Assembly: GCA_040255465.1 (NCBI GenBank)
Contig: JBDZVA010000002.1
Coordinates: 487,017-551,016, forward strand
DNA from: Planctomycetaceae bacterium
GTDB taxonomy: Bacteria > Planctomycetota > Phycisphaerae > Phycisphaerales > UBA5793
Reading direction: 5' to 3'
Length of the DNA: 64,000 nt
Shown: positions 53,909 to 64,000 of the stretch, in pieces
Layout: each line of letters begins with the position of its first letter
How positions within the stretch are numbered: the first letter of the stretch is position 1
The notes under the pieces: generated by a model
The model's database searches: none
What the model saw: only the letters and a program-made list of their open reading frames with translations
What the model was told of the DNA's origin: nothing
Translations under genes and position numbers: made by a program

Positions 53909-54439
53909 CTATCGCGGCTGGGGCGTCGCGGTGGGGGTCCCTTGAGTCCGATCACCGAGGGCCTCGAGTATCTCTTCGGATAAGACGCCGTTGGCGCAAA
54001 TGTATTTCCATTCGACTTTGGCCGCGTACAGGCTCACGAGCAGCGCCAGCCACGCTCCGATGCCCTCCCAGCCCCGCCAGATGGCTCTCTCGCCGGCTGC
54101 CGCTCCAGCCCAGAAGTGGAGCATCATGGCCACTGAGGTGAACACAATGGCGATAAAGCCGTACCGGAACGCCTTGAGCTTGTAGGACTTGGCCACCTGC
54201 CTGGCACTCGCATCCGCGTAGCCGTGCTCCTCGATGGCGCTTTGCACGAACTTGCCGCTGACGATGAAATAGGTGTAGATGATCGAATGGACGGTCAGCG
54301 AAAACAGCCCGGCCAGGACGACGAGCACATCAAACTGCCGGTTCCATGTCGAATCGCGCGCGACGAAATGGCCCCAGACAATGACGAGTGTAAGCAGCAG
54401 GAGATTGGAAACGGTGAGTTGGAGAAGCAGTCGCTTCAT
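53909..54439 (-). CDS. Four-TM membrane protein
   Basis: Hydrophobic helices; start overlaps the ruvX stop. Confidence 0.75.
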   Translation of the reverse strand: MKRLLLQLTVSNLLLLTLVIVWGHFVARDSTWNRQFDVLVVLAGLFSLTVHSIIYTYFIVSGKFVQSAIEEHGYADASARQVAKSYKLKAFRYGFIAIVFTSVAMMLHFWAGAAAGERAIWRGWEGIGAWLALLVSLYAAKVEWKYICANGVLSEEILEALGDRTQGTPTATPQPR

Positions 54440-54897
54440 GTCTGCGCAACGGTAGGGGGCGCATCGTCATCCGTCGCCGCGCCGGCCCCGCCACGGGCAT
54501 CGAGAAAGGACCTGAGAATGGCCGCTGCCGCCAGCGAATCGCGCCGCTGCTTCTTCTGCTTGTGCGTCAGGCCGCTCTGCGACATCGCTTCGTCGGCCGC
54601 GAACGAACTGAGCCGCTCGTCCTGCAGGTGAATGGGCAGCAGCACCGTCTCGGCGAGGCGCTCGGCGAATGCGGCGATCTTCTTAGCCCGCGGGCCGTGC
54701 GTGCCATCCATGTTGAGCGGCAGGCCGATGACCAGTTCATCCGGCTCGTGCTCGTCGACGATCGATCCAAGGCGTTCGACCAGCACGCCGTCACTGGCCA
54801 CCTCGATCATTCCCAGCGGGCTGACGATCCAGGTCTCATCGTCGCCGAGGGCCGATCCAGTCCGTTTGTCGCCGATGTCAAAGCACAGATATCGCAT
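54436..54897 (-). CDS. ruvX: YqgF/RuvX family nuclease
   Basis: FDIGDKRTG, VIGLPLNMDG, QDERLSS and DSLAAAAIL motifs. Confidence 0.95.
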   Translation of the reverse strand: MRYLCFDIGDKRTGSALGDDETWIVSPLGMIEVASDGVLVERLGSIVDEHEPDELVIGLPLNMDGTHGPRAKKIAAFAERLAETVLLPIHLQDERLSSFAADEAMSQSGLTHKQKKQRRDSLAAAAILRSFLDARGGAGAATDDDAPPTVAQT

Positions 54898-54912
54898 CAG
54901 GTCGTTCCTTGT

Positions 54913-55416
54913 TCACGTCAGCGCTCCAGCGCGAAGGGTTGAATGGCGTCGTGCGGCACAGAGAGCAATGGCGATCGCATCGGCGACGTCGGGCGGGTGC
55001 GGCATCTCACGAAGGCCGCACTGCGCCTGCACCGCGATCTGCATCTGCCGCTTACTCGCGTGCCCGTTGCCTGTGACCGACTTCTTGATCTCAGTCGCTC
55101 CGAGTTCCTGCAGCTCAATGTGGCGCTGCTGGGCGGTCAAGAGAATCACCCCGCGCGCGTGCCCCATTTTGATCGCCGTCGTGGGATGGGCGTAGTGGGC
55201 GTACAGCTTCTCGACCGCCATGCACTCAGGTTCCAGTTGATCGAGAATCGTGCCAAGGTCGGCGAACAGCTCGACCAGACGCTGAGCCACGGACTGGCCC
55301 GTCGTGAGTCGGATCACCCCCGCCTCGACAAGTTCAGGCTCCAGTCGATTGGGGGCGATGGTCACGCAGCCGTAGCCGGTCAGCCGCAGTCCGGGGTCGA
55401 TGCCGATGATCCGCAT
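54913..55416 (-). CDS. ruvC: Holliday junction endonuclease RuvC
   Basis: IIGIDPG, GHARGV, IKKSVTGNGHASK and DVADAIAIA motifs. Confidence 0.97.
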   Translation of the reverse strand: MRIIGIDPGLRLTGYGCVTIAPNRLEPELVEAGVIRLTTGQSVAQRLVELFADLGTILDQLEPECMAVEKLYAHYAHPTTAIKMGHARGVILLTAQQRHIELQELGATEIKKSVTGNGHASKRQMQIAVQAQCGLREMPHPPDVADAIAIALCAARRHSTLRAGALT

Positions 55417-55422
55417 GCACTG

Positions 55423-56238
55423 TTAGGATACGGCCGTCGGCTGCGGATCGCGCGGTCGGGTCGGCAGTTGATCCGACAGAATCCCGCTGCGGCGCAGGAC
55501 CTCATCTGATTCGAGCCGGCCGTCCCGCAGACGCACCACCCGTTCGCATCGGGAGACGACTTTGTCATCGTGGGTGACGAGAAAGATCGTCAGGCCATGC
55601 TCATGCAGGCTCTGCATCACTTCGAGAATGGCCTCACCCGTCTTCGAATCGAGATTCCCCGTCGGCTCGTCCGCCATGATGATCGCCGGCTCATTCACCA
55701 GCGCCCGGGCGATGGCGGCTCGCTGCTGCTGGCCGCCCGAGAGTTCGCTGGGGCGGTGGTGCAGGCGATCGCCGAGGCCGACGAGTTCGAGCTTTGCTTT
55801 CGAGCGGCGATGTCGCTCCGCCGGCGTGATGCCCTGGTAGAACAACGGCACTTCGACGTTTTCAAGGATCGTCAAGGCCGGGATCAGGTTGAACGCCTGG
55901 AACACAAAGCCGATCTTGCGGCCGCGAATGGCGGACAGGCCCACATCATCGAGTTCCGCCACGTTCTCGCCGTCGAGGATGTACTTTCCCGAGGTTGGGC
56001 GATCGAGCGCACCGAGCAGGTTCATCAGCGTTGACTTGCCTGAGCCGGACGAACCCATGATCGCCACGTACTCGCCGCGCTGCACCTCAAGATCGAGCCC
56101 GCGCAGGGCTTCGACGAGCACCGAGCCGTCGGGTTTGAAGTAGGTCTTGGTCAACCCGGATAGCGCGGCGATCACCTCGCGCCCGTTCGAAGAGGCGGAA
56201 GCAGATCGCCTGGCGCCATGTTGTGAGATTTCAGACAT
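55423..56238 (-). CDS. ABC transporter ATP-binding protein (LolD/MacB-like)
   Basis: GSSGSGKST, GFVFQAFNL, LSGGQQQR, ADEPTGNLD and VTHD motifs. Confidence 0.93.
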   Translation of the reverse strand: MSEISQHGARRSASASSNGREVIAALSGLTKTYFKPDGSVLVEALRGLDLEVQRGEYVAIMGSSGSGKSTLMNLLGALDRPTSGKYILDGENVAELDDVGLSAIRGRKIGFVFQAFNLIPALTILENVEVPLFYQGITPAERHRRSKAKLELVGLGDRLHHRPSELSGGQQQRAAIARALVNEPAIIMADEPTGNLDSKTGEAILEVMQSLHEHGLTIFLVTHDDKVVSRCERVVRLRDGRLESDEVLRRSGILSDQLPTRPRDPQPTAVS

Positions 56239-56309
56239 GCAGCCAAGTGTACCGGCCACGCACCGATCGGGTTCGACGCAGATTGGAATTGGGGGGCTGA
56301 CCGGCCCGT

Positions 56310-56660
56310 CTACTCCGCTTCGTCCGCCGCCATCTGCAGAGCCGCCAGCGCACTGGCGGTGTCCTCTTCCTGCGGGAAGAGACGGTCAAGATGGGTCACC
56401 TCGAGCACCGACGCGATGCTCGAATTGATCGAGCAGAGGCAGAGGCGTCCGCCGCCGACACGCAGGGCCTCACGAACGCGAAGCAACTGGCTGATGTTCG
56501 AGCTGTTCAGGAATCCAACCGCCTGGAAGTTGAGCACGACATCGCAGGGGGACTCCTGCGATTCAAGTCGCTCTGCGAGGATCTGCAGATCGTCGCTCAG
56601 GAGCGGCTCGTTCTGCAGATCAACGACCACCACGTGCTCCGACCATTCATGAATCGACAT
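56310..56660 (-). CDS. STAS-domain protein
   Basis: VVLNFQAVGFLNSSNISQLL...VLEVTHL. Confidence 0.85.
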   Translation of the reverse strand: MSIHEWSEHVVVVDLQNEPLLSDDLQILAERLESQESPCDVVLNFQAVGFLNSSNISQLLRVREALRVGGGRLCLCSINSSIASVLEVTHLDRLFPQEEDTASALAALQMAADEAE

Positions 56661-56712
56661 ACCCCACCCTTATGTCTGGACTCTCGATCAGCAGGCGAGT
56701 CGCCGTGGACCC

Positions 56713-59301
<2,589 letters not shown>

Positions 59302-59490
59302 GAACGCGGGGCCTTAAAATGGCGGAATCAGCCAAAAATGGTGAGCTGCGACGGGACGCCCAGTCTCTCCCAATTGTAGACCATGCAGCCTCGAATTGCG
59401 CAGCGCTTGACCGCCCGGTCGGCCCTCATTTGGCCGGTGCCAGCCGACGCCGGCCCTCCCCGGATTCCAGGCGATTCTGATCGGGGCTTC

Positions 59491-59721
59491 TCAATCGTCC
59501 GCCGACTGATCGTGCTGAAAAACCTCGTCGAGCGGAACGTCGAACGCCTCGGCGATGCGGAACGCGAGTTCAAGCGAAGGTGCGTACTTCGCGCTCTCGA
59601 TGGCGATGACGGTCTGGCGGGCAACCCCGATCAGGTCCGCCAGCGCCTGCTGCGTCATTTCGCCGTGATGAAATCGCAGCGTTCGAATCTGGTTGCGAAC
59701 GCGCGTGCCGCCGCCTGCCAT
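59491..59721 (-). CDS. XRE-family helix-turn-helix regulator
   Basis: MTQQALADLIGVARQTVIAIESAKYAPSLELAFRIA. Confidence 0.93.
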   Translation of the reverse strand: MAGGGTRVRNQIRTLRFHHGEMTQQALADLIGVARQTVIAIESAKYAPSLELAFRIAEAFDVPLDEVFQHDQSADD

Positions 59722-59723
59722 GC

Positions 59724-60143
59724 TCAGATCCCCCGCCGGTAGTACACGATCTGAAACGCAAAGCAGAGCACCTGCGAAAGGAATAGTGAGAGCAGCAGCA
59801 GGTGGGCGACCCAGACGACTTCGATCGAGAATACAAGGCAGGTGATCGCAGCGAGCACTCCCACAGCCAGGATCCACGATGAGTGGCTCTCGGCCCGCCA
59901 GCCGATCAGTCGATCCCGTTCATCGCGCGGTTCACGACGAGAGACAATCGCCGCCACGACGAGCCCGGCCACTAGAGCGACGACCATCAGAATAACGGCG
60001 CCAATGAACAGCGGCACATATGGGACGATCTCCGTGACACCCTTGGAAAGCATGACCCCGGCGATGGCAAAGTAGGTTCCCAATCCCACGACGGTGCCAC
60101 CAAGTTGAATCCAGACGCTCTTTTCTTCGAACGACGCGCTCAT
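59724..60143 (-). CDS. Four-TM membrane protein co-transcribed with the XRE regulator
   Basis: Hydrophobic helices flanking a DERD motif; GGAGG RBS. Confidence 0.8.
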   Translation of the reverse strand: MSASFEEKSVWIQLGGTVVGLGTYFAIAGVMLSKGVTEIVPYVPLFIGAVILMVVALVAGLVVAAIVSRREPRDERDRLIGWRAESHSSWILAVGVLAAITCLVFSIEVVWVAHLLLLSLFLSQVLCFAFQIVYYRRGI

Positions 60144-60185
60144 CGAAGACCTCCGCTTTCAGCTCACCGCTGCAAATCGATTCTG

Positions 60186-60245
60186 AGTAAAGAACACAAG
60201 ACAAAGTGTAAGCCGCAGCATACACAATGTCAAGTATTCATGACA
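60186..60245 (-). promoter_or_regulatory. Sigma70 promoter overlapped by three 18-bp TGT-N12-ACA-type operators
   Basis: Minus-strand TTGACA (60228-60233) -N17- TACACT (60205-60210); boxes start at 60186, 60207 and 60228. Confidence 0.8.
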
Positions 60246-60268
60246 TTCCGTTCTCAGGATCTCGGGAA

Positions 60269-60907
60269 TCAGCCTCGGATGGCTGGCTCGCCCTCGGCCC
60301 CCGCGTGCGGTGCCAGCAGCGCCAGGAACTCGAGGTTGCCCCGCCTGCCCTTGGATGCTCCGCCACGGAGGGGTGATTCGATCAGCCCCAGGACGGCGGC
60401 GGTGCGACTTGCGAGTTCTTCAGCCACCCGCCGGGCGATGAGTGGAGACTGGGCGTCATCCACGACTCCGCGCGCCATCCGGCCCCTTCGCCCCGTCGAC
60501 TCCCCTTCGGCGCTTTGCTCATAGTGCGGCTTGATCAGCGTGATGATCCGCCCACGCTCCCGTCCGCCGAGCCAGCGCGACGCGGCCGGCACGATCAACC
60601 GCTGCGGCGTCCAGCCGGCGTCAATGACGACGAGATCGACCAGCTCATCCGGTGGGGGGGCGTGCAGGGCATTGGTCCGTTCCATCACGACGACTCGCTC
60701 ATCGCGGCGCAGGTTGTAATCCAGCATCCCATAGCCCGTGTCCACCGCATAGACGCGCGTGGCTCCGCGTCGCAGGAGGCACTCTGTAAACCCGCCGATG
60801 TTGCATCCGAAATCGGCCGCGACGAGCCCCGTGCAGTCAACCTTGAACTCGCGCAGCGCGTGCTCCAGCTTGAGCCCGCCGCGTCCAACGTAGGGTCGAT
60901 CCTCCAC
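60269..60907 (-). CDS. tlyA: TlyA family rRNA methyltransferase lacking the S4 domain
   Basis: YVGRGGLKL, DFGCNIGGFT, AVDTGYG, MERTN, LIKPHYE and GNLEFL motifs. Confidence 0.88.
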   Translation of the reverse strand: MEDRPYVGRGGLKLEHALREFKVDCTGLVAADFGCNIGGFTECLLRRGATRVYAVDTGYGMLDYNLRRDERVVVMERTNALHAPPPDELVDLVVIDAGWTPQRLIVPAASRWLGGRERGRIITLIKPHYEQSAEGESTGRRGRMARGVVDDAQSPLIARRVAEELASRTAAVLGLIESPLRGGASKGRRGNLEFLALLAPHAGAEGEPAIRG

Positions 60908-60912
60908 GCGAC

Positions 60913-61758
60913 TCAGTCCATTCCCACGATGGCCACACCGAGCCGATCTGCCGCCGCAATCACCTGCGGCTTGTCGATCAGAATCACGCGCCCGACGCCC
61001 AGCGCCAGCGCGCGACCACCTGCGGCGCGGAGGCGCTCGATCGTGTCCACGCCGATCGTTGCGACGTCGGCGCGCATGTCATGATCGCGGCTCGAAGCCT
61101 TGAGCAGCACCCAGGGCCGCTTGCCGCACACGTCGCCGGCCCGTTCGATCATGCCGTTTGTGCCTTCCGCCGCCTCAACCGCGATGACATCGCGCCCCCG
61201 CACCGCCATCGCCTGCCCGACCCCCAGCGCGAGTAACTGCTCCAGCAGCGCCCAGCCAAACTCGATGTCCCGCTCTGCCTCGGCAGTGGGGGAGGTGCGC
61301 GTCATCGAGCCGGCCGCGGCAAGGTGTTCCGGGATGTACGTGCGACTGTCGATGAGCGTGACTCCGTTGCGTCCAAGTTCCTCCGCCAGTGCGGTGAGCA
61401 CGGCGGGGGTGCGCCGATCGTGACGCAGGTAACGATACCACAGCAGAATGGCCCGCCAATCAGGCGGATGACGCAGCCATTGAAATCGAGCGTACTTCCG
61501 CTTCTGCGAGACCCGGCCCACCATGACCGCCTCATGCACGCCCCAGCGGTGAAACGTGGAGATCCACCGGCCCAGACTGGTCAGCCCGACCTCCCGGAAG
61601 GTGTCGCAGTGCTCGGGCAGCGCCGATTCGAACTGGCCCGCCAATCCGATCGCCGCCACCCGGTGGCCCGCCGCGCGAATGCCATCCGCCACCAGCAGCG
61701 GCAACTGCCCCTGACCGGCGATCAGTCCCACGCTCGGCTTTGACGCCGCTTTGTTCAT
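60913..61758 (-). CDS. lpxI: UDP-2,3-diacylglucosamine diphosphatase LpxI
   Basis: GLIAGQGQLP, GQAMAV, AVEAAEGTNGMI and DMRADVATIG motifs. Confidence 0.88.
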   Translation of the reverse strand: MNKAASKPSVGLIAGQGQLPLLVADGIRAAGHRVAAIGLAGQFESALPEHCDTFREVGLTSLGRWISTFHRWGVHEAVMVGRVSQKRKYARFQWLRHPPDWRAILLWYRYLRHDRRTPAVLTALAEELGRNGVTLIDSRTYIPEHLAAAGSMTRTSPTAEAERDIEFGWALLEQLLALGVGQAMAVRGRDVIAVEAAEGTNGMIERAGDVCGKRPWVLLKASSRDHDMRADVATIGVDTIERLRAAGGRALALGVGRVILIDKPQVIAAADRLGVAIVGMD

Positions 61759-61803
61759 GCCGGCAATCCTAGCGAGTGCAACGCGGCCGGCAGAAAAGCA
61801 CAA

Positions 61804-61830
61804 GGGGGTCGGCGCATCGCGCCGACCCCC
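61804..61830 (-). terminator. Terminator after the secreted propeller gene
   Basis: GGGGGTCGGCGC-ATC-GCGCCGACCCCC stem, then TTGTGCTTTT on the minus strand. Confidence 0.7.
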
Positions 61831-61861
61831 GAGACTGACGATTGACTCGATCAGGCGAAAC

Positions 61862-62677
61862 TCATCGGCCGTAGTGGCGCGAGAGGTGCAGGTACCGGAA
61901 TCCGGTTCCTGTCATGATGGTTCGAATTGGCGTCCCGTCGAGGCCGTACTCGTACAGTCCCGAGTTGCTCGACACAAGCAGGTTTCCGTTGCCCGCTTGA
62001 ATGATGCCACGCCCGGAACCAGAGATCGGGAACGACGACTCAATGCTGCCGCCGGGCGTGATGATCGTCACGTTCTGCGCTGTGAACCCAGCCACTGCGA
62101 CGCGCGGCCCATTGGGTGTGTTGATCAGCGTGGCCTGCTCAGGGAACGCAATGCTGCTGTTGGGCAGACCGCCGATGAGTTGGCCGCTGAGGTTGTAGAC
62201 ATCAACCGTGTTATCACCGAGGTCGGAGGCAACCAGACGGTTCTGGATGAAGAACACGTCAAAAAAGTTGCCGGGGATGTTCTGCGAGAGCACATCGCCA
62301 TTGTTGTTCCAGGCGTAGATGCCCGAAGCCGCAGCGCCAACAACGTAGCCATTGGGCAGCCGGTTGATCCCGCGCAGATTGTCGATGGGGGCGCTGATGT
62401 ATTCTCCGATCAGGGAACCATCCGAGTTCATCTGCCAGATGGTGTCGGCGCTCTGGTCGCTCATGAGCAGCGTGCTGCCGGGTCCGTCGATCACCGCGAT
62501 ACCCAGCGTTGAAAAGCCAACGTCAAAGCTGCCTATCGGATCGCCGGTATTCCGGTCCAGCACCTGCACCGAATCCGCCGTCGCATCGTTCATCAGGATG
62601 ACCTGTGCCTGCACCTGCGACGCGCCCATCGCTGTCAGCGCCGTAGCCAGAGCGACCTTCGTTATTGTGTTGAACAT
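61862..62677 (-). CDS. Secreted beta-propeller-like protein
   Basis: Signal peptide (VQA-Q); repeated Y(N/G)LxG-type blade ends; AAGGAG RBS. Confidence 0.75.
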   Translation of the reverse strand: MFNTITKVALATALTAMGASQVQAQVILMNDATADSVQVLDRNTGDPIGSFDVGFSTLGIAVIDGPGSTLLMSDQSADTIWQMNSDGSLIGEYISAPIDNLRGINRLPNGYVVGAAASGIYAWNNNGDVLSQNIPGNFFDVFFIQNRLVASDLGDNTVDVYNLSGQLIGGLPNSSIAFPEQATLINTPNGPRVAVAGFTAQNVTIITPGGSIESSFPISGSGRGIIQAGNGNLLVSSNSGLYEYGLDGTPIRTIMTGTGFRYLHLSRHYGR

Positions 62678-62864
62678 TCTCTCACAACTCCTTCCGCTTG
62701 CCCGTCACCCGGCGCGTTGCGCGACTGGATGTGCCGGACGTCGACACCACTTCCGGCCGCGATGGGACAATCGCGAGGGCAACGGAGACCGTTTTTTGAG
62801 TATACGTGGCCCGCGATGCAAGGGGCGGCGATTTCGGCAACGCAGCGGCCGGACCCTTGCGACT

Positions 62865-63410
62865 TCAGCCGATGCGCTCAACGGCCTCTTCCGGTCGCGT
62901 CACCACTTCCAGCAGATCGCGTACGTCGGCTGTCATGAACCCCTCATCCACGCCGCGCTGCAGCATCGCAAGCAGTGAATCAAAGTAGCCGTTCACATTG
63001 ACGATGATCAGCGGCTTGTCGTGATCGCGAAGCTTGCGCGCCACGAGCATCTCAAACAACTCTTCGTACGTGCCCACTCCGCCCGGCAGCGTAATGAAGG
63101 CATCAGCAAGTTCCTCCATGCGCTGCTTGCGAATGCGCATCGTCAGTACGACTTCCAGTTCATCGCAGGTCTGGCGGGCGAATTCGAGGGTCGCGAGTTT
63201 CTCAGTGATAACGCCATGCACCCGCCCGCCGTGGCGATGCGCAGTGTCCGCCACGCAGCCCATCAGGCCCAGGCTGCCGCCGCCGTACACCAGCGTCAGT
63301 CCCGCACGCGCGATCGCTTCACCCAGCCGCTCGGCGGCCTCCACATAGACGCGGTCAAGGCCCTCGCTGGAGGCGCAGTAAACGGTAACTTGGCGGATCG
63401 GTCGATTCAT
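62865..63410 (-). CDS. LOG family protein (TIGR00730-type)
   Basis: LVYGGGSLGLMG, RKQRM and LPGGVGTYEE motifs. Confidence 0.93.
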   Translation of the reverse strand: MNRPIRQVTVYCASSEGLDRVYVEAAERLGEAIARAGLTLVYGGGSLGLMGCVADTAHRHGGRVHGVITEKLATLEFARQTCDELEVVLTMRIRKQRMEELADAFITLPGGVGTYEELFEMLVARKLRDHDKPLIIVNVNGYFDSLLAMLQRGVDEGFMTADVRDLLEVVTRPEEAVERIG

Positions 63411-63508
63411 GGGAGCGGCAGGGCCGGCATCATAGCGTGCCGACGCGCGAAGTCGGCGGTCGATTCAGATCCCGACTGAACCCGACCAAACCTGTCGCGG
63501 CGCGGCGG

Positions 63509-64000
63509 CTACGGCCGCCTGCGAACAATCCGCCTCGTGGTTCGGTATCCCTGGCGGAATCGATTGAGCATCGGATGCGAGGGGGTCGCATTGTGCGCTT
63601 GCGTCAACGTTTCGATCGCTGCATCCAGATCGCCCTCGGCTCCGATCCACGACCAGAACTCGGGAAACTGTGTCTCCAGGTGTTCCAACTCAATCGTCAT
63701 CGCGTTTGGTTTATCGCGAAGAAAATGCGCGATGTTGGCGTTGACGCTGGCGACGTAGAGGCGAACCACGTCGATCGTCTGTTCGTTCACGCAGAGAATG
63801 TTGTTGGCAAACGCGCGAATGATCGAGTGCCGGGCTCGCCAGCGGTGCATGAAACTTTCGGCCACCGCCTCCGGATCACGCTTCAGATGGACGTAGTAGG
63901 CGGCGGCGCCATACCGCCTGGCGAGCGTGCCCAGGAACCACGAGAGGCGGTTGTCAATCTCAATGTGCTGGTCGCGGTATTTCAGCCGCCTCTGAATCGG
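63509..64000 (-). CDS. Hypothetical protein, sulfotransferase-like (5'-truncated)
   Basis: Frame open to the window edge: HIEIDNRLSWFLG...YYVHLKRDPEAVAESF resembles a PAPS 3'-phosphate-binding motif. Confidence 0.5.
   Translation of the reverse strand, partial: PIQRRLKYRDQHIEIDNRLSWFLGTLARRYGAAAYYVHLKRDPEAVAESFMHRWRARHSIIRAFANNILCVNEQTIDVVRLYVASVNANIAHFLRDKPNAMTIELEHLETQFPEFWSWIGAEGDLDAAIETLTQAHNATPSHPMLNRFRQGYRTTRRIVRRRP

Overview
High-GC bacterial chromosomal segment, most likely from a planctomycete of the Phycisphaerae type (inferred from LEPR-XLL extracellular proteins, H-X9-DG prepilin-like proteins and a CxxCGYDLR...CPECG zinc-ribbon membrane protein). Housekeeping genes: recN, ispD, tmRNA, thiS/thiG, ppdK, murJ, nuoH, hppD, ruvX, ruvC, gyrA, tlyA, lpxI and a LOG-family gene. 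The core of the window (22.5-45.6 kb) is two divergent units that share a region with back-to-back sigma70 promoters. Leftward, a cobalamin riboswitch precedes a PEP-CTERM-type surface protein, a secreted BtuH-like candidate and an H-X9-DG prepilin-like protein, with no BtuB or BtuFCD in the window. Rightward, a secreted HEAT-repeat protein precedes a roughly 17 kb type IV pilus/T2SS-like cluster (pilins, PilMNO, secretin, TPR lipoprotein, PilB, PilC) with an embedded kinase/receiver/HD-GYP/STAS cassette. Best candidate for an undescribed system: pilus/secretin-coupled corrinoid scavenging. Other oddities: a pseudo-metzincin surface protein, a stand-alone TSCPD domain, an S4-less TlyA, an orphan enlarged NuoH, a 21-bp-phased triple operator, a 20-bp tandem repeat array and a sigma54 promoter. 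All product calls come from motif recognition by eye; no searches were run.
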